Positions 1 to 9,190 of a DNA stretch of 36,682 nucleotides are shown here, one piece after another (position 1 is the stretch's first letter; each line of letters opens with the position of its first letter). Made by a program: the position numbers and the translations under genes. Origin of the DNA: a virus. The stretch lies in the UHGV virus genome UHGV-1482696. One strand, 5' to 3'. Under the pieces are notes generated by a model, which did not search any database, was not told the DNA's origin, and saw only the letters and a program-made list of their open reading frames with translations.

Positions 1-66
1 AAACAGATGAAGCTGAGCATTCTGGATAGATAATCCGAATTTTTGCATCAGATAGAAGGTGTAATA

Positions 67-71
67 GCTGC
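67..71. repeat. Left copy of 5-bp target-site duplication GCTGC
   Basis: GCTGC immediately precedes the phage left terminus TGTATTGATTCAC at 72; an identical pentamer follows the right terminus at 36630-36634. Confidence 0.85.
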
Positions 72-245
72 TGTATTGATTCACGAGAAGTACGAAAAAA
101 CCGGGAGGACATTGGATTATTCGGGATTTGACGGGATTAGATTTGGTGGGGCTTGCAAGCCTGTAGAGCAGATTTTAGTCGTTAAGCCTTGAAACGCGAA
201 AGATTGTTAAAAATGGCTTTTGTTTCATTAAAGATACGAAAAGCA
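72..245 (+). promoter_or_regulatory. attL: attL left transposon end with MuA binding sites L1-L3
   Basis: L1 at about 77-98 (TGATTCACGAGAAGTACGAAAA) matches the MuA end-site consensus; L2-like GAAACGCGAAAG near 190-202 and L3-like TGTTTCATTAAAGATACGAAAA near 220-243. Confidence 0.8.
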
Positions 246-410
246 ATTAATTCACACATCATTTCAATTTATGCTTCAAAAATGCTTCAAATCCGATAAC
301 AACCAGACCTTTGGCAAATGATGCATATCAAAAACAGCTTTTGCCGTTTCGGTATCTTACCCTCTTGGTTACTTGAGGGGAAGTGTGTGTTTTAGCTAGG
401 TTCCTGGTTG

Positions 411-926
411 TTATACGGCTTTTGTTACATCTTGTGGTTCTTGCGAAGGAGCTACAAGACCTTCCTGTTCATGAATACCATGCTCTGACAAAATCTCTTT
501 GCGCTCTTCTGCTGGTAAAGTTTCTAGCATTTGGGCGAGTTGTATGCACTCACGCGATACGCCGTGCAGAGATTGGATTTGAGTCTGATCAAAGATACTT
601 GGCATTAGTGCACTAAGTCCACCTTTGCTAAGTAGCTTTAGTGCCCTCTGGATTTCCTCTGGTTCTAACTCTGCAACCAAAGCCATTAACACAGAAGCTA
701 ACTTATAAGCTGACTTATCGTTATCTAATAACTGCGCCCCTCCTAATTCTGCCTGAGTAGCATCAGGTAATGAGCTAATATGGTATTCATAAGCAACACC
801 TTTTACTCCTTTGATCTGTCTCTTTTTCCATCCCTCATTAGTTGCTTTGCGGCTAATACTACTTGCTGAAGACGGAAGACCAGCAACCCCTTGTAGCTCT
901 TTAGCTGAAAACCATTCTTGTGTCAT
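411..926 (-). CDS. c: Immunity repressor c (D108-like N-terminal DNA-binding domain)
   Basis: Leftward ORF beside operator region; C-terminal half matches Mu repressor ([23 protein letters not shown]); N-terminal domain is homologous to the A N-terminus in this window; start placed at second ATG (926) with GAGG 6 nt upstream, alternative ATG at 956. Confidence 0.85.
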   Translation of the reverse strand: MTQEWFSAKELQGVAGLPSSASSISRKATNEGWKKRQIKGVKGVAYEYHISSLPDATQAELGGAQLLDNDKSAYKLASVLMALVAELEPEEIQRALKLLSKGGLSALMPSIFDQTQIQSLHGVSRECIQLAQMLETLPAEERKEILSEHGIHEQEGLVAPSQEPQDVTKAV

Positions 927-956
927 CACAAACCTCGCTTTAAATACATCATGCAT

Positions 957-1126
957 TCAAAGAAATAAAAAACATATTCACTTTAAAATCATCGAGATAG
1001 ATGAATTTCAAATAAAATATTTGAATACACTATTGCATTGACAATGTATTCACACTAGCATTGCTGCATACCTTGTCAGCTACCTTGCGGCGTAGCTGAT
1101 GGCGTAGCTTGTGAGGATTGCATTTT
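957..1126. promoter_or_regulatory. Operator/early promoter region between c and ner (divergent Pc and Pe, transpositional enhancer)
   Basis: AT-rich intergenic region between divergent c and ner; repeated GTAGCT-type motifs at 1077-1083 (CAGCTAC), 1092-1098 and 1104-1109 just upstream of ner; position corresponds to Mu O1-O3/IAS. Confidence 0.65.
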
Positions 1127-1345
1127 ATGGCGATAAAGAAAAGTAAATGTGAAGACAAAAGCAGATACGACATTGTTGCTGATCTGCGCAAAAGAGGAAA
1201 AAGCCTAGCAGCTCTTGGTCGTGAGAACGGTCTCTCTATCTCTACGGTAAAAAATGCCTTGGATAAACCTTACCCTCGGGGGGAAAGAATCATTGCCGAT
1301 GCATTGGGAGTTGAGCCACGAGACATTTGGCCTTCGAGGTATTGA
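1127..1345 (+). CDS. ner: Ner-like DNA-binding negative regulator of early transcription
   Basis: 72-aa product [35 protein letters not shown]...IWPSRY with Ner family C-terminus (IWPSRY as in Mu Ner); GAGGA at 1113-1117 precedes ATG 1127 (track start 1118 is TTG). Confidence 0.85.
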   Translation: MAIKKSKCEDKSRYDIVADLRKRGKSLAALGRENGLSISTVKNALDKPYPRGERIIADALGVEPRDIWPSRY

Positions 1346-1347
1346 AA

Positions 1348-3348
1348 ATGCAACCACAATGTAATGATTGGTTTTCTGCAAAGAAATTAGAAGGGCTGAT
1401 AGGTCTTCCAAAATCCTCTAGCGCGATCTCTCGTAAAGCAAGGTTAGAACAGTGGGTGTTTCGACAGATACACGGGGTAAGAGGAGTAGCCTATGAGTTT
1501 CATATCTCATCTTTACCAAAGGAAACACAAGCTGCGTTGTTACTTAGACAAGGAGAGATTGAAACAAGCCAGGGCCGTTTTGAAATCGCCCGCCCCACGC
1601 TGGAAGCCCACGATTACGATCGCGGGGCACTGTGGAGCAAATGGGATAAAGCCAGCGATTCCCAGCGCAGACTTGCTGAAAAATGGTTGCCTGCAGTTCA
1701 GGCCGCAGACGAAATGCTGAACCAGGGTATTTCAACAAAAACGGCTTTTGCGACCGTTGCAGGACATTACCAGGTCAGCGCATCCACTTTGCGAGACAAA
1801 TATTACCAGGTACAGAAGTTTGCGAAGCCTGACTGGGCGGCTGCGCTTGTTGATGGACGTGGTGCATCCCGTCGCAACGTTCACAAAAGTGAATTTGACG
1901 AGGATGCCTGGCAGTTTCTGATTGCAGATTATCTGCGACCGGAAAAACCCGCCTTTCGCAAATGTTATGAGCGTCTGGAACTGGCAGCACGTGAGCATGA
2001 CTGGAATATTCCCTCCCGTGCCACGGCCTTTCGCCGGATTCAGCAACTGGACGAGGCAATGGTTGTTGCCTGCCGTGAAGGTGAACATGCACTGATGCAT
2101 CTGATACCTGCACAGCAGCGAACTGTGGAACACCTGGACGCCATGCAGTGGATCAACGGCGACGGTTATCTGCATAACGTCTTTGTACGCTGGTTTAACG
2201 GTGATGTGATCCGCCCGAAAACATGGTTCTGGCAGGATGTGAAAACCCGAAAAATTCTGGGCTGGCGCTGCGATGTGAGCGAGAACATTGATTCAATTCG
2301 CCTCTCGTTCATGGATGTTGTGACTCGCTACGGTATCCCGGAGGATTTTCACATCACCATTGATAACACCCGTGGTGCAGCGAATAAATGGCTGACGGGA
2401 GGCGCGCCCAATCGCTACCGCTTTAAGGTGAAAGAAGACGATCCAAAGGGGGTGTTTTTACTGATGGGTGCGAAAATGCACTGGACAAGCGTTGTTGCCG
2501 GTAAAGGCTGGGGCCAGGCAAAACCTGTTGAACGTGCTTTCGGTGTTGGTGGGCTTGAGGAATACGTTGATAAGCATCCGGCACTGGCTGGCGCATATAC
2601 GGGGCCTAATCCGCAGGCAAAACCTGATAACTATGGCGACCGCGCTGTTGATGCAGAGCTGTTTCTGAAAACTCTTGCCGAAGGTGTGGCGATGTTCAAT
2701 GCCAGAACAGGCCGTGAAACAGAAATGTGCGGAGGCAAACTTTCGTTTGATGACGTTTTTGAGCGTGAATACGCCAGAACGATTGTGCGTAAGCCTACCG
2801 AAGAGCAAAAACGGATGCTGTTACTGCCTGCCGAGGCAGTGAACGTTTCACGTAAAGGCGAGTTCGCGCTTAAAGTTGGTGGCTCCCTTAAAGGTGCGAA
2901 AAACGTTTATTACAACATGGCGTTAATGAATGCCGGAGTGAAAAAAGTTGTGGTCAGATTTGATCCACAGCAGTTACACAGCACGGTTTATTGCTACACC
3001 CTGGACGGTCGGTTTATCTGTGAAGCGGAATGTCTGGCACCTGTTGCGTTTAATGATGCTGCGGCAGGCCGTGAATATCGCCGCCGCCAGAAACAACTGA
3101 AATCTGCGACGAAAGCAGCAATTAAGGCACAGAAACAAATGGATGCACTGGAAGTGGCAGAGCTGCTGCCGCAGATAGCCGCACCTGAAGCACCAGAATC
3201 ACGAATTGTCGGCATTTTCCGGCCTTCCGGTAATACGGAACGGGTGAAGAATCAGGAGCGTGATGATGAATACGAAACTGAGCGTGATGAATATCTGAAT
3301 CATTCGCTGGATATTCTGGAACAGAACAGACGTAAAAAAGCCATTTAA
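1348..3348 (+). CDS. A: DDE transposase MuA
   Basis: 666-aa product near-identical to Mu A from about residue 65 onward; N-terminal domain differs from Mu (D108-like); ATG 1348 preceded by GAGG; track start 1327 is TTG. Confidence 0.95.
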   Translation: MQPQCNDWFSAKKLEGLIGLPKSSSAISRKARLEQWVFRQIHGVRGVAYEFHISSLPKETQAALLLRQGEIETSQGRFEIARPTLEAHDYDRGALWSKWDKASDSQRRLAEKWLPAVQAADEMLNQGISTKTAFATVAGHYQVSASTLRDKYYQVQKFAKPDWAAALVDGRGASRRNVHKSEFDEDAWQFLIADYLRPEKPAFRKCYERLELAAREHDWNIPSRATAFRRIQQLDEAMVVACREGEHALMHLIPAQQRTVEHLDAMQWINGDGYLHNVFVRWFNGDVIRPKTWFWQDVKTRKILGWRCDVSENIDSIRLSFMDVVTRYGIPEDFHITIDNTRGAANKWLTGGAPNRYRFKVKEDDPKGVFLLMGAKMHWTSVVAGKGWGQAKPVERAFGVGGLEEYVDKHPALAGAYTGPNPQAKPDNYGDRAVDAELFLKTLAEGVAMFNARTGRETEMCGGKLSFDDVFEREYARTIVRKPTEEQKRMLLLPAEAVNVSRKGEFALKVGGSLKGAKNVYYNMALMNAGVKKVVVRFDPQQLHSTVYCYTLDGRFICEAECLAPVAFNDAAAGREYRRRQKQLKSATKAAIKAQKQMDALEVAELLPQIAAPEAPESRIVGIFRPSGNTERVKNQERDDEYETERDEYLNHSLDILEQNRRKKAI

Positions 3349-3386
3349 TTAACGTTTAAACAAAATTTAATTACGAGGTTATTCAG

Positions 3387-4325
3387 ATGAATATTTCCGA
3401 TATTCGCGCAGGACTGCGCACGCTTGTAGAAAATGAAGAAACCACTTTTAAACAAATTGCTCTTGAGAGCGGGCTTTCTACCGGAACTATCAGTAGTTTT
3501 ATCAATGATAAGTACAACGGGGATAACGAGCGTGTTTCACAAATTCTGCAACGCTGGCTGGAAAAATATCATGCAGTTGCAGAACTACCTGAACCGCCCC
3601 GCTTTGTGGAAACGCAGACGGTAAAACAAATCTGGACAAGTATGCGTTTTGCCAGCCTGACTGAAAGTATTGCTGTTGTATGTGGCAATCCTGGTGTGGG
3701 CAAAACCGAAGCGGCCCGTGAATATCGCCGCACCAATAACAATGTCTGGATGATCACCATTACGCCATCCTGTGCCAGCGTTCTGGAATGTCTTACTGAA
3801 CTGGCGTTTGAGCTGGGAATGAATGACGCACCCCGCCGTAAAGGGCCGCTCTCCCGCGCCCTGCGACGTCGCCTTGAAGGTACACAGGGGCTGGTTATCA
3901 TCGACGAAGCTGATCATCTTGGTGCCGAAGTTCTGGAAGAACTCCGCCTGTTACAGGAATCAACCCGCACTGGCCTTGTGCTGATGGGAAATCACCGGGT
4001 TTATTCAAATATGACGGGGGGTAACAGAACGGTTGAATTTGCCCGTCTGTTTTCCCGTATTGCAAAGCGCACTGCAATTAATAAAACCAAAAAAGCCGAT
4101 GTAAAAGCTATTGCGGATGCCTGGCAGATTAACGGCGAAAATGAACTGGAGTTATTACAGCAGATTGCGCAGAAACCAGGTGCGCTTCGCATTCTGAATC
4201 ATTCACTTCGCCTTGCCGCCATGACGGCTCACGGTAAAGGTGAGCGTGTTAACGAAGATTATCTGCGTCAGGCTTTCCGTGAATTAGACCTGGACGTTGA
4301 TATTTCAACGCTGCTGCGTAATTAA
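3387..4325 (+). CDS. B: MuB ATP-dependent target DNA activator
   Basis: 312 aa, MNISDIRAGLRTLVENEETTFKQIALESG..., Walker A GNPGVGKT, matches Mu B essentially throughout. Confidence 0.95.
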   Translation: MNISDIRAGLRTLVENEETTFKQIALESGLSTGTISSFINDKYNGDNERVSQILQRWLEKYHAVAELPEPPRFVETQTVKQIWTSMRFASLTESIAVVCGNPGVGKTEAAREYRRTNNNVWMITITPSCASVLECLTELAFELGMNDAPRRKGPLSRALRRRLEGTQGLVIIDEADHLGAEVLEELRLLQESTRTGLVLMGNHRVYSNMTGGNRTVEFARLFSRIAKRTAINKTKKADVKAIADAWQINGENELELLQQIAQKPGALRILNHSLRLAAMTAHGKGERVNEDYLRQAFRELDLDVDISTLLRN

Positions 4326-4340
4326 GAAGGAGAAGAAATT

Positions 4341-4568
4341 ATGATGGCCCGAAATATAAAAATGGCAACGGATGCGCAGAACTGGTTACAGGCGCGCGGG
4401 AGTCATGTAAATGAATCATATCTCGGCGTGGCGCGTCCGATTCTTGATATCACTTACCCACCGGTGGAACTGGTAAAAAACGCGGTCAGAATTATGGAGC
4501 ATAAGTCCGGGGTGGCCCGTTCTGTATGGACGGCCCGTCTTAATGGTTGTCAGATAATCTGGAGATAG
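4341..4568 (+). CDS. kil: Kil host-killing protein
   Basis: First ORF after B, small (75 aa), strong RBS AAGGAGAAG upstream; position and size match Mu kil. Confidence 0.7.
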   Translation: MMARNIKMATDAQNWLQARGSHVNESYLGVARPILDITYPPVELVKNAVRIMEHKSGVARSVWTARLNGCQIIWR

Positions 4569-4575
4569 TATTTAA

Positions 4576-4788
4576 ATGATTGTGATAAATATTCACGATA
4601 ATCTGGGAATCAGTAAGTTAATCAACCTTGATAATGTCAGTGTAATGGAAACGACTGTTGAGGGCGGTATTGCTTTTGAATTTATTGATGGTCGCCGGCT
4701 GGTCGTTCATGTCGGCAACCATCATCACGCAGAAGATGTGTTTTGTGAACTTAACAAAATCACAAATGCAACGCCCGTTAATCAATAA
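4576..4788 (+). CDS. Early hypothetical protein
   Basis: 70-aa ORF tightly packed after kil; synteny with Mu semi-essential early region. Confidence 0.5.
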   Translation: MIVINIHDNLGISKLINLDNVSVMETTVEGGIAFEFIDGRRLVVHVGNHHHAEDVFCELNKITNATPVNQ

Positions 4789-4801
4789 GCAGGTAATGAA
4801 A

Positions 4802-5071
4802 ATGGCAAAAGTAATCTTTGAATTTAACAATACAGGGAATATTGAGCTTCAGGAAAATGGAGGTTTTGCCGTAAATATGAATGTGCGACTGGAAGAATCC
4901 TCACCTGAGGACCAGACAGGACCACATGATGTAATGGCAGGCATCATCAAGAGCATGGCTCCTGAAATCATTAAAAAAGCGACCGAGGAGTTGTTGAAAT
5001 CAGCCAGGGAGCTTGGGCTGGAAGCCGAGGGGGAATTATTCAGCTATAACCCGAATGCAGCCAGACATTAA
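4802..5071 (+). CDS. Early hypothetical protein
   Basis: ORF in track 4658..5071 trimmed to ATG 4802 (MAKVIFEF...) which has RBS AGGT 7 nt upstream and does not overlap the preceding gene; alternative ATG 4796. Confidence 0.5.
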   Translation: MAKVIFEFNNTGNIELQENGGFAVNMNVRLEESSPEDQTGPHDVMAGIIKSMAPEIIKKATEELLKSARELGLEAEGELFSYNPNAARH

Positions 5072-5091
5072 TTCACAAAGGAACGCTGACA

Positions 5092-5511
5092 ATGAACGTC
5101 AAAATCCGAAATGAAATTCAGGCATTAATCCGAATTCAGGAACGCAATAACAACGGTGGTGAATTACGCGAGTTTATTTGCGCCCGAAAAGTTGATGATT
5201 GTGGTGAAAAGACTTACCTGATTGCTTTCGACCATTACAGCATCTGTGCGCGTTATTGCGGCGAAAGCATATCCCGCGCCATTGCATTTGGCGGTGCGTT
5301 CAACGTGGATTTATGGGAGTACGTCATGGACCGGGAATACATCTGCGCATCAGACCCTGAAGCCCGTGAAATGTGGCAGCGTATCTGGCGCGATTACCGG
5401 TTAATGGCAAAAGGCTGGGCGCGCTGCTGTTATTCCTCGCTTGCCCTGAAAGCGGTTCAGTTATCGCTGCGGCATATTCCGGCATCACTGCGCGAGCCTC
5501 TGCTGTACTGA
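5092..5511 (+). CDS. Early hypothetical protein, Cys-rich
   Basis: 139-aa ORF with RBS AAAGGA 9 nt upstream; multiple Cys (C-x5-C, C-x3-C) suggest a metal-binding fold. Confidence 0.55.
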   Translation: MNVKIRNEIQALIRIQERNNNGGELREFICARKVDDCGEKTYLIAFDHYSICARYCGESISRAIAFGGAFNVDLWEYVMDREYICASDPEAREMWQRIWRDYRLMAKGWARCCYSSLALKAVQLSLRHIPASLREPLLY

Positions 5512-5811
5512 ATGGTGGCTGACATGAAGTGTAATCGTAAGCGCTGGTCACGCGAAGACCGGGAATTTATCGAAGCCAACGTCGGGAAAATGACCGTTGA
5601 AGAAATGGCGGAAAAACTGAAAGTCGCCACAACCGCCCTCCGGGCACATGCCAGAAGGCACGGAATATCATTGTGTGTATACCGAATCAGTGAACACGAC
5701 AAATATTTATGTCGTGAACTTTATAAAGAAGGGCTGGATATTCATGTCATTGCCCGAAAGATGGAATTAAGCAATCGAGCTGTATCCAGCATTGTATACA
5801 GCGGATATTAA
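5512..5811 (+). CDS. Early hypothetical protein, predicted helix-turn-helix
   Basis: Start ATG overlaps upstream stop (TGAATG); basic, HTH-like segments (MTVEEMAEKLKVATTALRAHARRHGIS). Confidence 0.5.
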   Translation: MVADMKCNRKRWSREDREFIEANVGKMTVEEMAEKLKVATTALRAHARRHGISLCVYRISEHDKYLCRELYKEGLDIHVIARKMELSNRAVSSIVYSGY

Positions 5812-5830
5812 TTAACAGGAGCTTTAATTT

Positions 5831-6355
5831 ATGGCTAAACCAGCAAAACGTATCAAAAGTGCCGCAGCGGCTTATGTGCCACAAAACCGCGATGCGGTGA
5901 TTACCGATATTAAACGCATCGGGGATTTACAGCGCGAAGCATCACGTCTGGAAACGGAAATGAATGATGCCATCGCGGAAATTACGGAGAAATTTGCGGC
6001 CCGGATTGCACCGATTAAAACCGATATTGAAACCCTTTCAAAAGGCGTTCAGGGTTGGTGTGAAGCGAACCGCGACGAACTGACGAACGGCGGCAAAGTG
6101 AAGACGGCGAATCTTGTCACCGGTGATGTATCGTGGCGGGTCCGTCCACCATCAGTAAGTATTCGTGGTATGGATGCAGTGATGGAAACGCTGGAGCGTC
6201 TTGGCCTGCAACGCTTTATTCGCACGAAGCAGGAAATCAACAAGGAGGCGATTTTACTGGAACCAAAAGCCGTCGCAGGTGTTGCCGGAATTACGGTTAA
6301 ATCGGGAATTGAAGATTTTTCCATTATTCCGTTTGAACAGGAAGCCGGTATTTAA
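5831..6355 (+). CDS. gam: Gam host-nuclease inhibitor (Ku-like DNA end-binding protein)
   Basis: 174 aa MAKPAKRIKSAAAAYVPQNRDAVITDIKRIGDLQREASRLE... matches Mu Gam. Confidence 0.93.
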   Translation: MAKPAKRIKSAAAAYVPQNRDAVITDIKRIGDLQREASRLETEMNDAIAEITEKFAARIAPIKTDIETLSKGVQGWCEANRDELTNGGKVKTANLVTGDVSWRVRPPSVSIRGMDAVMETLERLGLQRFIRTKQEINKEAILLEPKAVAGVAGITVKSGIEDFSIIPFEQEAGI

Positions 6356-6452
6356 TACCACCATTAATATTTAATTAATTCACATTCGTTTAATTATGGC
6401 GCGATGCGTCAGGGGACTACTCGCGCCTTAATCAGAACCGGAGAGAATGAAA

Positions 6453-7001
6453 ATGAAAGCATGTGCTTATTTTAAACTGAGTGACGAAGCCGCTAACGGT
6501 TATACGATTCGCTGGCTGAAAGATGTTTCTGTTAAGCGTGGTGAGATTATTGAGTCATTACAGCAATCAGTGAAAGCAATCGGTGTGTCTTTGTCTGGTG
6601 ACAAAGGGCCTGAGAGGGTTACGCATGTCTGGTTTAGCTACTTACCACCGGAAGGATGGGAGATTAAATCAAGGACACTTTTCATTGGTGATATTCAGTT
6701 ATGGGGCGCAATGCCGGATATGACAATACCGGCAGGTCGTGAGTACGGGAAGCTCATCCGGGACTGTGAAAATCAGCTCGAAAAACACCCGGATTTTCAG
6801 CGCTGGCTGTGCAATGAACTTAACGTGGCTACCGACGTTGACCTGTTTGACATCAGGTCCGTGTGGAAAATGCACCACAGCCGTGACGGATTCAGCATTT
6901 TGTTTGCAGTGTACCTTCTGGCTGGCGAAGTGAAGGGACCGGTTCCCGCCGAATGCCAGCGCATTAAACATTCTGAATTTGTGGCGCTGACGGAGGAATA
7001 A
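6453..7001 (+). CDS. Early hypothetical protein
   Basis: ORF 6447..7001 trimmed to ATG 6453 with GGAGAG 7 nt upstream. Confidence 0.55.
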   Translation: MKACAYFKLSDEAANGYTIRWLKDVSVKRGEIIESLQQSVKAIGVSLSGDKGPERVTHVWFSYLPPEGWEIKSRTLFIGDIQLWGAMPDMTIPAGREYGKLIRDCENQLEKHPDFQRWLCNELNVATDVDLFDIRSVWKMHHSRDGFSILFAVYLLAGEVKGPVPAECQRIKHSEFVALTEE

Positions 7002-7004
7002 CCG

Positions 7005-7556
7005 GTGATTGATGCAAAGGTTCTGAATGGTGTCAGCACATTATTACGGGCTTACGGGCGTCTGACCTGCGGGGTTCTGGCTGAAAAAATGAAGATGCTG
7101 CCCTCGTCAATGGTTTATTTCCTGCGTGATGCGGTTGATGCCGGTGTGCTCACCGAATGCAACGGATTTTATGACGTTCCGCGCCCGCGTCCGACGCTGC
7201 CTGTAAGACGAAACGCAACTGAGCAGCCTGCTGTTGATGATGCGGTGTGGTGCAACTGGCGTCGCTCATTACCCTGGGTGGAAGGTAATACCATCCCCGC
7301 GCTGGCAAAAGAGTTTGCAACGGGCGTGCTGACCTGTGAATCCGTTCACATCGTTGCAGAAGTGGATAACAGGATGTGCGAACAGGGAATGCCCCGTTTT
7401 GTGATGGCTTATATCGATATCCGGCTGGGGCGTTTTATTTGCAGCTCAAGCGCATGGAATATTACCGACCATGTACTGCGCTATCTCATTCTTGACTGTT
7501 CTGACACACCAGTTATGGCGCTGGAACAGGCGGATGCAAACCATAATTTTCTTTGA
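7005..7556 (+). CDS. Early hypothetical protein with winged-helix-like N-terminus
   Basis: GTG start 7005 with GGAGGA 7 nt upstream; 183 aa. Confidence 0.5.
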   Translation: MIDAKVLNGVSTLLRAYGRLTCGVLAEKMKMLPSSMVYFLRDAVDAGVLTECNGFYDVPRPRPTLPVRRNATEQPAVDDAVWCNWRRSLPWVEGNTIPALAKEFATGVLTCESVHIVAEVDNRMCEQGMPRFVMAYIDIRLGRFICSSSAWNITDHVLRYLILDCSDTPVMALEQADANHNFL

Positions 7557-7609
7557 TTGTTCTGAATATGGCGGTGTTGCAGCACCGCCCCCTTTCCGGA
7601 GGTACGATC

Positions 7610-8161
7610 ATGAGTCGCACATCACTGATTAAATTAATCCATGTCGCCCGTCGGGAGCTACAACTCGACGATGACACTTACCGCGCGTTTCTGATGCAGA
7701 AAACGGGCAAAATCAGTTGCCGCGAGCTGACGGTCACGCAACTGGAACAGGTGTTCGATGCCATGAAAGAAAGCGGCTTTAAGAAGCAGAATAAACATCC
7801 ACGTCGCCGCTTTAAGGGACATGTTACCCCCCGCGAGAAGGTGTATAAAATCTGGCGGCAGATGGCAGAAGACGGTTTTATTGCCGATGACAGTGATACA
7901 GCACTGGACAAATACGTCGAACGACTGACTGCCAGACGTAATGGCGGACAGGGTGTTTCCACGCTGGCGTGGTGTCACGGAGAATCGTTGCAGGTTGTGC
8001 TTGAAACCCTGAAACAGTGGCACATCCGCTGTATTCGTGAGGCCTTTTCCCGTCACGGGCTTCCGTTGCCGGTCAGTCCATCCGGGCGTGAACTGCGCGG
8101 CTATGATGCCATGACGGCGGCTTATGCCCATGCCAGAAAGACACGGAGGATGGCACAATGA
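7610..8161 (+). CDS. gemA: GemA-like early protein
   Basis: ORF 7553..8161 trimmed to ATG 7610 (GGAGG 7 nt upstream) giving 183 aa (MSRTSLIKLIHVARRELQLDDDTYRAFLMQKTG...); located immediately upstream of mor as in Mu. Confidence 0.7.
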   Translation: MSRTSLIKLIHVARRELQLDDDTYRAFLMQKTGKISCRELTVTQLEQVFDAMKESGFKKQNKHPRRRFKGHVTPREKVYKIWRQMAEDGFIADDSDTALDKYVERLTARRNGGQGVSTLAWCHGESLQVVLETLKQWHIRCIREAFSRHGLPLPVSPSGRELRGYDAMTAAYAHARKTRRMAQ

Positions 8162-8547
8162 CGGAAGATTTATTTGGTGATTTGCAGGATGACACTATCC
8201 TGGCACATCTTGACAATCCCGCAGAGGATACGTCACGCTTTCCGGCACTGCTGGCGGAGCTGAACGATTTACTACGCGGGGAATTGTCCCGGCTGGGTGT
8301 TGATCCTGCCCATTCACTGGAGATTGTTGTGGCTATCTGTAAGCATCTGGGCGGCGGTCAGGTCTACATTCCACGCGGTCAGGTTCTGGATTCGCTGATT
8401 CGGGATTTGCGTATCTGGAATGATTTCAACGGTCGCAATGTTCACGAACTGGCAATCCGTCATGGTGTGACATTTAACACAGTCTATAAAGCCATCCGAC
8501 GAATGCGGCGTATAAAGTATCGTCAGTATTCCCCCCCTTTGTTTTAA
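8158..8547 (+). CDS. mor: Mor middle-operon transcription activator
   Basis: 129 aa; paralogous to C (shared ...FNGRN...EL....G motif region); overlaps gemA stop (ATGA). Confidence 0.88.
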   Translation: MTEDLFGDLQDDTILAHLDNPAEDTSRFPALLAELNDLLRGELSRLGVDPAHSLEIVVAICKHLGGGQVYIPRGQVLDSLIRDLRIWNDFNGRNVHELAIRHGVTFNTVYKAIRRMRRIKYRQYSPPLF

Positions 8548-8552
8548 ACAGT

Positions 8553-8577
8553 AAAGCCGGTTAATCCGGCTTTTTTT
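8553..8577 (+). terminator. Intrinsic terminator at end of early operon
   Basis: AAAGCCGG-TTAAT-CCGGCTTTTTTT: GC stem 8555-8560/8566-8571 followed by T7 run. Confidence 0.8.
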
Positions 8578-8629
8578 ACGCCCTCAATATTCTGTTGTGA
8601 CGATAAAACGTTCATGACAGGAGGGCAAC
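8578..8629 (+). promoter_or_regulatory. Probable Mor-dependent middle promoter Pm
   Basis: Only intergenic space between mor and the next operon; by Mu synteny the Mor-activated promoter for the C-containing transcript lies directly after the early terminator. Confidence 0.5.
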
Positions 8630-9190
8630 ATGCCTGAGTTTTCCCCTGCATTCCTTCATTCGCTGAATTTCGTTATACGCCCTGATGTTGAAGGTGGCTA
8701 TGTTAATGATCCTGCCGACCGTGGCGGCGAAACGAAATACGGCATTTCTGACCGTCGCGACGGCGTTATTGATGGCAAAACCGATGTTAACGGTGACGGA
8801 AAACCTGATACCCGCATTAAGGATTTAACCCGCGAACAGGCAGCGCAGATCTACTGGCGTGATTACTGGCTGGCGGCAAAGTGTAACGAATGGCCTGATG
8901 GTGTTTCCTTATTCGTCTTTGATGCTGCCGTTCAGCACGGTGTTAAACGCGCGATTCAAATCCTCCAGGCGGCAGCAGGTGTTGATGATGATGGCATCGT
9001 TGGCAAAAACACCCGCGCAGCCGTTCTGCGTGCCGACACTGACTGGCTGCTGTTGCAGTGTTTCCTGCGTCGTTCCCGCTATTACGCAGGGATTATCAAA
9101 TCCAGTGCCTCGCAGGGGAAATATCTGAACGGCTGGTTTAACCGTCTGGATCTGCTCGCCAGCGCCTGCCGGGAGGTTCTGCATGGGTAA
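8630..9190 (+). CDS. GH108-family muramidase-like protein with C-terminal peptidoglycan-binding domain
   Basis: N-terminal motif VEGGYVNDPADRGGETKYGIS typical of glycoside hydrolase family 108 (catalytic Glu in EGGY); C-terminal region resembles PG_binding_3; RBS GGAGGG upstream. Confidence 0.7.
   Translation: MPEFSPAFLHSLNFVIRPDVEGGYVNDPADRGGETKYGISDRRDGVIDGKTDVNGDGKPDTRIKDLTREQAAQIYWRDYWLAAKCNEWPDGVSLFVFDAAVQHGVKRAIQILQAAAGVDDDGIVGKNTRAAVLRADTDWLLLQCFLRRSRYYAGIIKSSASQGKYLNGWFNRLDLLASACREVLHG

Noticed and set aside
1-71. Attempt to name the host gene at the insertion site
   Set aside because: Only 71 and 53 bp of flank are available; the reconstructed site shows a possible minus-strand ORF start but I cannot recognise it from memory and will not guess a gene name.
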